Shown here: positions 8,259 to 15,419 of the stretch, piece by piece | Numbering within the stretch: position 1 is the first letter of the stretch | Layout: each line of letters begins with the position of its first letter | Assembly: GCA_016699955.1 (NCBI GenBank) | Contig: CP064993.1 | Span: 210,001 to 242,000 of the forward strand | Direction of reading: 5' to 3' | From: Candidatus Saccharimonadota bacterium | GTDB lineage: Bacteria > Patescibacteriota > Saccharimonadia > Saccharimonadales > UBA4665 | Length of the DNA: 32,000 nucleotides | Translations under genes and position numbers: made by a program | Notes under the pieces: model-generated | Seen by the model: only the letters and a program-made list of their open reading frames with translations | What the model was told of the DNA's origin: nothing | Database searches by the model: none

Positions 8259-9947
8259 TTAGCGTTTGTCTATGAAAGTTACTATTGAACCTGCGCAGTT
8301 ATCGGCATTGGCCGCACAAGCAGTAGCACCACTCCATACTGTTCGAGCATTGCCAAGCACATTATAGATGGTTCCGGTACCTTCTGTCGGTTTGGTCGCC
8401 ACCGTGCGAGCATAGCCTGCTGTTGCCGAAGTGAATAGGTACGAGTTTACAGTATTTGAACCAGTGATTGCTTTGACTGCAGCCGGTCCTCCGGTTGCCA
8501 TGATTGCGTTGATTGTAGTGGTAGACGCTGCCCCGGTTGTCGCGACTATAACGCCTCCGATATTATTAAAATTTGCTGTAGTTGTGCTCTGAACAACACC
8601 CTTGGTAGCAACGAAGGTGACAATAGTACCGATGCCGATGGCGCTATTAAGCGCCACAGTAGCCTTTTCGGTCGTAGTGTATGTCCTAGTATCGTAAATC
8701 TGCGTAATGGTGTTGTTGGCACCGGTAAAACCAATATCTGCCAGACACAATATAGGGGACGTGGCAGACGGGAAAGATACGGTGGCGAGGTTCGCTGTTT
8801 CAGTTCCCGATGCAGAAAGAGCTGGCTGATTATTTGCACCTGTAAGACATAGGTGCTGGAACCTGGCTGCAACGGCGTTTGTCGTGGTAGCCGTACCTGC
8901 AGTAACTATGACTTTCCTACCGCCAGAATACGCGGTGCATCCTGTCCAAGAAACAGTTGTCGTGTTCGCCCCTACCGCAACCTTGCATGGACCATTAATT
9001 GCTGCTGTTACACCATAAATATCCCCGGGGTTTGCTCCACTGTCTGGCAGGACACCGAATAGTTGTAGTCCCAAGCCGGCAGTTGACACCATGTCTTCCC
9101 AGGTACCATTGACACAGCCTCGGATGACATTTGTACTGGTGTTATAGTACAGGCCGCCCTGGTTCGTAGTAGTGCCGCATGTAGCGGTGTCCGCGAATGT
9201 GCTGAATGAATCGAGCTGGAGCAATACTTGCGTGGTGTCAGTGGCGTTCGAGCCTATTACTACCTCACTACCGCTTGTGTCGGCACTAAGTATGGCAACA
9301 CTACCAGTAGATTGGATTTGGAAAGCCGTGGCGGAGTCTGCTTGGTTCTTCATAAGTACCGCTCCGTTATTTCCCACCGAGAATACCGTGGCACCATTTC
9401 GTTGCAAGTCCATCACACTCGCAGTTGCGCCTGTCTTATTGACACCAATGGAAGCGCTGGTGGTAGACGTGTCGCTCTGTACCCCCTGCGCAAGCTGTAC
9501 GAATTGGGCGCTTGTGAGCCCATCAACTTGGTCGGCATTGAAAGCATACGGCGAGGCGGTGAACTGTATACGCGGCGTCATTTCCGCATCTGCCCCGACT
9601 TTTACCCCCAAGTACAGCGAGTTTGTGTTGAAGTCGACGCTACCAGGCAGGCTAGTCACGCTCCCAAGAGAAACCTGAAATATTCCGTCTGCGACTGACA
9701 CGGAAGGCTGGGTCTCTGTCCACACTGCCGAACCGCCCGAGCTAACGGTGTAAATACTGAAAACAATTGAATATGCCCCATTAGTGACATTTGTCCCATC
9801 TGGGTTGGTCAGCTTACCTTGGAAATTTATCTGCTGGTTGATGGCAGCGTCGGTGTGTGGGGAGCTTAGGAAAAAGGCCATGCCGAATAGCAGGCAAACC
9901 GCCAGAAAAACCGCTCCTTTTACCGCTCTTTTTTGTATACCAAACAT
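8259..9947 (-). CDS. large secreted Thr/Gly/Ala-rich surface protein, tail-fibre-like/adhesin-like
   Basis: Signal peptide (AVFLAVCLLFGMAFFLSSPHTDA). The N-terminal module is INFQGKLTNPDGTNVTNGAYSIVFSIYTVSSGGSAVWTETQPSVSVADGIFQVSLG...LYLGVKVGADAEMTPRIQFTASPYAFNADQVDGL, a pattern I recall from tail-fibre-like surface proteins. Paired cysteines occur throughout. Confidence 0.75.
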   Translation of the reverse strand: MFGIQKRAVKGAVFLAVCLLFGMAFFLSSPHTDAAINQQINFQGKLTNPDGTNVTNGAYSIVFSIYTVSSGGSAVWTETQPSVSVADGIFQVSLGSVTSLPGSVDFNTNSLYLGVKVGADAEMTPRIQFTASPYAFNADQVDGLTSAQFVQLAQGVQSDTSTTSASIGVNKTGATASVMDLQRNGATVFSVGNNGAVLMKNQADSATAFQIQSTGSVAILSADTSGSEVVIGSNATDTTQVLLQLDSFSTFADTATCGTTTNQGGLYYNTSTNVIRGCVNGTWEDMVSTAGLGLQLFGVLPDSGANPGDIYGVTAAINGPCKVAVGANTTTVSWTGCTAYSGGRKVIVTAGTATTTNAVAARFQHLCLTGANNQPALSASGTETANLATVSFPSATSPILCLADIGFTGANNTITQIYDTRTYTTTEKATVALNSAIGIGTIVTFVATKGVVQSTTTANFNNIGGVIVATTGAASTTTINAIMATGGPAAVKAITGSNTVNSYLFTSATAGYARTVATKPTEGTGTIYNVLGNARTVWSGATACAANADNCAGSIVTFIDKR

Positions 9948-9967
9948 AAGTACAATATCCCCGTTAC

Positions 9968-9996
9968 AGTATACTCCTTACCCCTAGAGTGCTCAA
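9968..9996 (-). promoter_or_regulatory. sigma70-like promoter for 8259..9947 (TTGAGC-17-TATACT on the minus strand)
   Basis: Plus-strand GCTCAA at 9991-9996 (-35) and AGTATA at 9968-9973 (-10) with a 17-nt spacer. It lies about 20 nt upstream of the ATG at 9947. Confidence 0.5.
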
Positions 9997-10028
9997 GCTT
10001 TGCGACTTAGCTTTTTTCTCTGTAGTGT

Positions 10029-11345
10029 TTATGCTTTGCGTGGTGTTTTCCGAGCGGTGGTTCTTTTTACGGTTTTCTTCGTGCTCGCTCCCTTACGCGG
10101 AGCTGCTGTTTTCTTCTGAGAAGTTGGCTTGGTACTCGCCTTGGACGATGTCTTTTTGACCGGTTTCAAATCCTTGGTAACTTTTACTGGAATGCTGCGT
10201 GGAGCATGTGCAGTTCCTTTTTCGGCTATGTGCTTAACAATCATTTTAGCTGCGCTTTTTCTTGCTCTCGCCTTTGTGGCTTCATGGTGTGCGTAGAGTG
10301 CGGCGCCGCCCAATTTACGGGGGCGTGCAGTGCCATCAGATGTTCGCTTGAAAAAACGAAAATAAACACGCTTTCCGCGTTTGAACGGCCATCGTAAAGC
10401 CTTGGCTAGGCGCACTACCATTTTGCGATATGGTATATGTTTTAGGTGCGCCCGTTGCCACCACACGAGCAGTACGATAACCCCAAGGAAAAGTACGTCG
10501 ACAAACGGTACATACCAGAATGTTTGCTGCTTAATAAGCTCAACGTCACTACCGTCTATCCTGTACATCGTCTGCATGCGGATATGCTTGGGAAACCAGG
10601 TATGTAACACTGCTTGCACTGGGGCAGAATAGGTTGCTTTTTGCCTAGGGAACAGCAAACGCGATTCAGTGTTGACCACGGCGCGAGCGAAAAGCTGTTG
10701 GCCGTTCGTGCTGTAAAAACTTACGCTTGCTCTTGGGACAACATGGGCATTTCCGCTATTTCGAAACGTCAAATCGACGCTACGGGGCAATCCGAAAGGG
10801 CTATGCTTTGCCTGTAGTTTCTGCAGCTCAAGATTCGTACGTAGACCTTCAGCATTGACCACGAAGACACTCACTGCGACAGCTGGCCGAAAGGCAAGTG
10901 CAGCACGGGCAGCCCCCTGTTCCGTAATTACTAGATTGGCATAGTGCCCGCCAGGTGCAAGCGGCTGCGTGCCGTTCACAACAAGTTGTAATTGTACCTG
11001 TCCATGAGCCGGAATCGTCAGGTCTGTATTGGAAATCGATAACGCCTTAGCGAAGCTGCCAGTCAGCGGACTGGTCGGCACAAGTCGTGCGCTGGACTCG
11101 TCAATGGATCGAAGCTCGGCTGCAAGCCGAACAGTGGAAGCATAATTGTTAGTGATAGTCACACTTGCTTCGGTACCGGGCTTCTGGCGATTGACCGTCA
11201 GACTTATCTGCGCTGGCGAGACGGTTAAGCCTGTTTTGACGGAACCAGCCTGAGCACCTGCCCTCGATGGGCACAGCAGAAAGATTGCTCCGGCCACAAA
11301 GAGCAAACTGTACGCTATTACAGAAAGATTACGGCTTCGTATCAT
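10029..11345 (-). CDS. exported two-domain beta-sandwich-like protein with a C-terminal TM anchor and a long basic cytoplasmic tail
   Basis: Start placed at the internal ATG at 11345 (MIRSRNLSVIAYSLLFVAGAIFLLCPSRAGAQA signal). The mature N-terminus reads GLTVSPAQISLTVNRQKPGTEASVTITNN. A second domain (VDLTFRNSGNAHVVPRASVSFY...) is followed by the TM helix FVDVLFLGVIVLLVWW and a 142-aa Lys/Arg/Thr/Ala-rich tail. The architecture matches the upstream gene. Confidence 0.75.
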   Translation of the reverse strand: MIRSRNLSVIAYSLLFVAGAIFLLCPSRAGAQAGSVKTGLTVSPAQISLTVNRQKPGTEASVTITNNYASTVRLAAELRSIDESSARLVPTSPLTGSFAKALSISNTDLTIPAHGQVQLQLVVNGTQPLAPGGHYANLVITEQGAARAALAFRPAVAVSVFVVNAEGLRTNLELQKLQAKHSPFGLPRSVDLTFRNSGNAHVVPRASVSFYSTNGQQLFARAVVNTESRLLFPRQKATYSAPVQAVLHTWFPKHIRMQTMYRIDGSDVELIKQQTFWYVPFVDVLFLGVIVLLVWWQRAHLKHIPYRKMVVRLAKALRWPFKRGKRVYFRFFKRTSDGTARPRKLGGAALYAHHEATKARARKSAAKMIVKHIAEKGTAHAPRSIPVKVTKDLKPVKKTSSKASTKPTSQKKTAAPRKGASTKKTVKRTTARKTPRKA

Positions 11346-12408
11346 CTTGATGTGAGGCTTTTTTGCTACGACGAACTTTGCGCGACGTCGCACCCACGGC
11401 TCGACCGAACGAACGAAGTATAACGATAACCCCGATGATGAGCACGATGATAATAAGCAACAGGCATAGTAGCATCCGCCATGGTATGACCCAGAAGCTT
11501 AGTTCGGCCATGACAGGCGTATCGCGCTGACCGTCGTTGTAGACAGCCACAACCTTGGCGACATACCGACCCATACGGAGCTTGCTAATACCCCCCTTCC
11601 AGACGAGCTTTTGCTTTTTTGTACCATCCGGTTCTGTAACGGTTTCGTAGTGTGGGAATCCATCGTCCCACTCAGCCACAAATGTCCGCGTCGTCCCTGG
11701 GATGATGAAACCACCGTCTTTGTTTAGCGCCAACGTGGCGAGTGGAACGGTATCGCTGGAGTGCCTCTGGATAAAGACGGTACCGGTCGGTTGCACATCG
11801 GTGTTGCCAGTATTTTTCAGCTTGATAGAAACGCTAGCAGGAAGATACTCATAGGTACGCTTGCTGAGTGATACACTTTTGAGGCTGAATTGCCGGACTG
11901 CGCCAGGCCGATCGACATTAACGAGCGTGAAAACTGCGACCGAACCTGCAATAGCCGACGTACCTTTGGCAGCCTTGGGTGGGTTCTGTTGTGCGATAGT
12001 TACTGCAAAATTATAGGTAAACGCGGCGTCAGACGTTGTGTTGATATGAATACGCTGGGTGAATATCTGACCGGCCTGAAGCGTAAATGTCGGCTCTTCG
12101 AATCGTACAAGCTGCTGTATTGCCTGTGACGGATTATCACCAAGGCTGACTTGCTCGGTTGTTTCATTGACCGTAAATGGCCTCAGACCCATTTTGAGCG
12201 CCTGTGTCGTCGTATTGGTATTACGAATTTGCAGTTCAAGAACAGTATTAGTACCAGGTCGTACTGTCGTCACCAGAGGCGAAGGGCTCACTTGCAGCGA
12301 AAAACCTTGTTCCGCAGCATGAGCCGTCGCAAAATGCATTGGTACGAAAGCGCAGGCTACGACGAAGCCGACAGCGACATGACGCAAAACTTTAGATACC
12401 CTCTTCAT
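11329..12408 (-). CDS. exported two-domain beta-sandwich-like protein with a C-terminal TM anchor (DUF916/DUF3324-like architecture, by memory)
   Basis: Signal peptide (VAVGFVVACAFVPMHFATAHA). The mature N-terminus reads AEQGFSLQVSPSPLVTTVRPGTNTVLELQIRNTN. A second domain (VSIKLKNTGNTDVQPTGTVFIQ...IIPGTTRTF...MGRYVAKVVAVY...FWVIPW) is followed by the TM helix LLCLLLIIIVLIIGVIVIL and a short basic tail. Confidence 0.75.
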   Translation of the reverse strand: MKRVSKVLRHVAVGFVVACAFVPMHFATAHAAEQGFSLQVSPSPLVTTVRPGTNTVLELQIRNTNTTTQALKMGLRPFTVNETTEQVSLGDNPSQAIQQLVRFEEPTFTLQAGQIFTQRIHINTTSDAAFTYNFAVTIAQQNPPKAAKGTSAIAGSVAVFTLVNVDRPGAVRQFSLKSVSLSKRTYEYLPASVSIKLKNTGNTDVQPTGTVFIQRHSSDTVPLATLALNKDGGFIIPGTTRTFVAEWDDGFPHYETVTEPDGTKKQKLVWKGGISKLRMGRYVAKVVAVYNDGQRDTPVMAELSFWVIPWRMLLCLLLIIIVLIIGVIVILRSFGRAVGATSRKVRRSKKASHQDDTKP

Positions 12409-12451
12409 TACCCTCTATTGTACACGAGAAATAGTCCTCGCTGCTAGCCAG

Positions 12452-12486
12452 AAAAAAACGGCCGCGAGGTCTACCCTCACGGCCGT
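12452..12486 (-). terminator. strong rho-independent terminator after the 12510..13538 subunit gene
   Basis: On the minus strand, ACGGCCGTGAGG-GTAGA-CCTCGCGGCCGT forms a 12-bp stem with one G-U pair, followed by T7 (plus-strand A-run 12452-12458). It begins 24 nt after the stop codon. Confidence 0.85.
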
Positions 12487-12509
12487 AAACAGACAAAATC
12501 TAGAGCTCT

Positions 12510-13538
12510 TTAGAACAAACCTGCACCAACTACCGTGATGGTGTCAGTGTAATCTGTTGCTGGAAGCGTCAAGCTGCTGATAGCTGCGTTGTTCGTCAGA
12601 GTCAGCACGGCAGTTTGAGCCGTTCCGGTTGACGAAGCAAGCGTGCGGAGAGTCGTATCGAGACCACCACCCTTACCAGCGCTACCACCGACAAATGGTG
12701 CGGCGACAGTAACTGTGCCGGTTCCACCGACCTGTGATTGAGTCACGCCCGTGTTGTAGCCTTCAGTGCCAGCTGACAAGGTACTGTTAGAACCAGGTGT
12801 CGTAGAAGCAATAGTCGCTGAAGCTGTCGTCGAGTTCAAGCCCGTGCTGGCATCTTTTGCCCATACATACCAACCGTTCTTTGCATTGGTATTGACTGTA
12901 GCGGTACGTGGTGTCGGACTGACAGACACGCTACCGGTTGAAAGCGCACCAAGGTTATCACTGTTGCCACTGAGTGCAAAAGTGAATGAAGGAGCGACGG
13001 TAGCACTCACCACAATCTGATCATCTGCGATGGCTGCAGTAGCAAAGGAAATGGCTGTGTCGACATTGGTCTCAACCGTGCCCGAGTAGGTGCCAGCTAC
13101 ACTCGTCTCAAGCGCAGTAGTACTGTTCGTCCAGTTGAAGCAATACAATGTACCGGACACCAGCGCACCACTGGACCAAGTGACTGCTTTGCCGACAACG
13201 CCAGAGGCACTTGCACCAATAGACGGCCAAGCCGATGCTGTGGCTGGCCACGCAAGGTTGGCCGTGCTGGTAGCCCAGTCACCGGTGGTACCACTGACTG
13301 TATATGCCGTTGGAAATGTGACTGTGACAGATGTCTGACCGGCATTTGCGGCCTTGGCACAGACGGTGCCGCTTGTGAAAGTCGAAGCTTTCATGCGGTC
13401 GAAGCGTACGAGCACCTGGCTGAGGCTGGCTGCCGAGGCAGTGCTACCGAGTGCAAGCATCACAGAAGTGACAACGGCAGCTATATATAACCCTGCCAGT
13501 GTAAATGCTGCCAGCCGAACTGATTTATTCTTTTGCAT
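12510..13538 (-). CDS. secreted Thr/Ala/Gly/Ser-rich subunit-like protein, paralogous in its C-terminal domain to 13657..14700
   Basis: Start placed at the ATG at 13538 (MQKNKSVRLAAFTLAGLYIAAVVTSVMLALGSTASA signal; AAGGAAG Shine-Dalgarno upstream). The C-terminal domain reads TVAPSFTFALSGN...TNAKNGWYVWAKDASTGL...GY...PF...ATDYTDTITVVGAGLF-COOH. The gene has its own promoter and a strong terminator. Confidence 0.8.
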   Translation of the reverse strand: MQKNKSVRLAAFTLAGLYIAAVVTSVMLALGSTASAASLSQVLVRFDRMKASTFTSGTVCAKAANAGQTSVTVTFPTAYTVSGTTGDWATSTANLAWPATASAWPSIGASASGVVGKAVTWSSGALVSGTLYCFNWTNSTTALETSVAGTYSGTVETNVDTAISFATAAIADDQIVVSATVAPSFTFALSGNSDNLGALSTGSVSVSPTPRTATVNTNAKNGWYVWAKDASTGLNSTTASATIASTTPGSNSTLSAGTEGYNTGVTQSQVGGTGTVTVAAPFVGGSAGKGGGLDTTLRTLASSTGTAQTAVLTLTNNAAISSLTLPATDYTDTITVVGAGLF

Positions 13539-13579
13539 ACTAATTTCTTCCTTTATTTTTACTTGTAACATATAGAAGA

Positions 13580-13608
13580 ATTATGCACGATACACGGCAT
13601 AAGCGCAA
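13580..13608 (-). promoter_or_regulatory. sigma70-like promoter for 12510..13538 (TTGCGC-17-CATAAT on the minus strand)
   Basis: Plus-strand GCGCAA at 13603-13608 (-35) and ATTATG at 13580-13585 (-10) with a 17-nt spacer. This gives a leader of about 35 nt to the ATG at 13538. Confidence 0.5.
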
Positions 13609-13656
13609 GCACTTTGTGCGCACTGTCACAATAGTCTTAAGAGCTTATCTGAAGCG

Positions 13657-14700
13657 CTAGAAACTCATCGCAGCGACCAGCGTTATGCTGTCGCCGTAAT
13701 CTGGAGCACTCGGTGTTAGGGCTGCCGCCTTTGCCATGAGCCGTAGCGTACCGCTTCCCCCTGTGATAGGGCCTGCTGTTGCCAGCAACGGCTGCAACGA
13801 TGTTGTGACCGCACCGACATTATTCGATGTTCCGTTGAATGGCGATTGAGCCGTGAAAGGACCTCCGCCAGATTGGCTTGTAGACGTTATCTGGCCTCCG
13901 TAGCCGCTGCTCGCAACAGACAAATCCGCAGTCGCAGATGCGAGCGTGGTGTTAGCAAGCGTACTATAAAGCCCTGTATGTGTATCACGTAGGTACACCG
14001 TCCCGCCGTTATTGGCATTGGTAGTCATGCTGATGATTCCGTCTGCGCTACCATTGGTCACGGCTCCAGCGGCCAGGCTTGTAAATCCGACCGTAAATGG
14101 AGGCGTGCCTGTAAGCGTCGTGGCGAGGCTGAAGGTCACACTCGGTGCAACTGTTGACGCTGTTGCGACTGGGCCAAAAGCACTGCCAGTGGACTTGCCC
14201 TCTAGTGCCTTCACTTTGACTTTATAGGTCGTCGAGGGGGTAAGCCCAACAACCGAAAAGCCACTTGCTCCACCCCAAGCTGTGTACGTCTGATAATTAA
14301 CGATGGCTTGACTAGCCCCGATGCTGTTGTCGGTTTGTACATAAAGTGTCGTCACGAAATTATCACTGCTTACCGCAATAAGATACTTCGTATCACTCGG
14401 ATTACCGCCGGTGGCAAGCACAAGCTTAAGTCTGTCATAGTAGCTAGAAGGATTTGTAAATGTCGGTGCGGGTGGCACATTGGCGTTCACGACGCCTCGC
14501 CCGTCACTCTGCGCGCCGTACGTCGTCGAAGACTGAGCCGTTGCAGATGGTGCTCCTGTGCCAGCCTGGAGGCCATAATTGGTACTGGTCGACGTGCCAC
14601 CACCCGTACCAACATTGTACGTTTTGAGAGTGTAGTTCGTACTGCTCGGCGCCGCCGCAAATAACAGTACTGGCAGTGTAAGTCCCCAAAGCTTATGCAT
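13657..14700 (-). CDS. secreted protein: Gly/Thr-rich N-terminus, fibronectin-III-like domain, then a C-terminal domain paralogous to 12510..13538
   Basis: Short signal peptide (MHKLWGLTLPVLLFAAA). FN3-like stretch: PPAPTFTNPSSYYDRLKLVLATGGNPSDTKYLIAVSS...GLTPSTTYKVKVKALEG. C-terminal domain: TVAPSVTFSLA...TNANNGGTVYLRDTHTGL...GYG...PF...APDYGDSITLVAAMSF-COOH. Confidence 0.8.
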   Translation of the reverse strand: MHKLWGLTLPVLLFAAAPSSTNYTLKTYNVGTGGGTSTSTNYGLQAGTGAPSATAQSSTTYGAQSDGRGVVNANVPPAPTFTNPSSYYDRLKLVLATGGNPSDTKYLIAVSSDNFVTTLYVQTDNSIGASQAIVNYQTYTAWGGASGFSVVGLTPSTTYKVKVKALEGKSTGSAFGPVATASTVAPSVTFSLATTLTGTPPFTVGFTSLAAGAVTNGSADGIISMTTNANNGGTVYLRDTHTGLYSTLANTTLASATADLSVASSGYGGQITSTSQSGGGPFTAQSPFNGTSNNVGAVTTSLQPLLATAGPITGGSGTLRLMAKAAALTPSAPDYGDSITLVAAMSF

Positions 14701-14740
14701 ACATCCTAGTATAGCGCAGATGCGAAATGCGTGAAGCCCC

Positions 14741-14822
14741 CAGGCGTTAGGCGAGCGAGAGCGATGTTTTAAGAGGCGCCCCGCTTTAGAACTCGGTGCT
14801 TACGGCGAGCTCAGGTCTGGTT
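14741..14822. repeat. copy A of a ~80-nt conserved intergenic element (copy B at 27914..27990)
   Basis: Three blocks are shared with copy B in the same orientation: CAGGCGTTAGGCGAGCGA (18/18), AGAGGC[G/A]CCCCGCTT (16/17) and GCTTACG[G/C]CGAG (13/14). The spacers between blocks differ in length. Confidence 0.7.
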
Positions 14823-14858
14823 ATGCCTATTGATCTGTGTGCTGAATTTAGTGACGTT

Positions 14859-15419
14859 CTATTTCCACTGCCAGTTGGTCACGACGGCTTCCAGAGTACT
14901 CTCTAGGTCGGCTTTGTGTACCGATGAGCCACTCACGACCACTGCTGCGTAATTTGAGCCTTGAGCCCAGTACACAGCCGTTTCATATGTATCTGCTTTC
15001 GTAAAAACTAGCGCACTCGCTGGTGCGAATGGACGGGTCGAGACCGCATATACGTCCGACTGTAATCTACGCAGTTTTATCGCCGAGAGCTCTTCCAACT
15101 GCATTGTCCCGAGCGTCCCTACCGTCACCCCCAGTTGATCATCCCGTCTGAGCAAAGTAGACCCCAGCAGATATTGGCCCGTGGTCATACCCTGCGCTAC
15201 CTCGTTGCTACTGACAACTCTCAGGCTACTCGGTGCTCGAGTAATGAAATGTTCGGTTTTCCAAGTGAAAAGCTTCTCCTGACTGCCAAGAACCGCCCTG
15301 CTTTCCTCTTGATCAGTTGTGACCACCGTGGTTACCGCGGATTGATTCCACCAGATAAAACCCCCGGTGCCAATACCAAGCACAATGGCTGCCGCAATCC
15401 CAATGAGCCATTTTTTCAT
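14859..15419 (-). CDS. small N-terminally anchored extracytoplasmic protein (partner of the upstream PKD-motif protein gene)
   Basis: A 186-aa ORF with an N-terminal TM helix (WLIGIAAAIVLGIGTGGFIWW). An ATGA start/stop overlap joins it to 15416..16396. Size and architecture match 7714..8256. Confidence 0.7.
   Translation of the reverse strand: MKKWLIGIAAAIVLGIGTGGFIWWNQSAVTTVVTTDQEESRAVLGSQEKLFTWKTEHFITRAPSSLRVVSSNEVAQGMTTGQYLLGSTLLRRDDQLGVTVGTLGTMQLEELSAIKLRRLQSDVYAVSTRPFAPASALVFTKADTYETAVYWAQGSNYAAVVVSGSSVHKADLESTLEAVVTNWQWK

Noticed and set aside
9172-9698. Two overlapping plus-strand ORFs (168 and 156 aa)
   Set aside because: They are antisense to the 562-aa exoprotein gene, whose frame has a signal peptide, a promoter and consistent composition.
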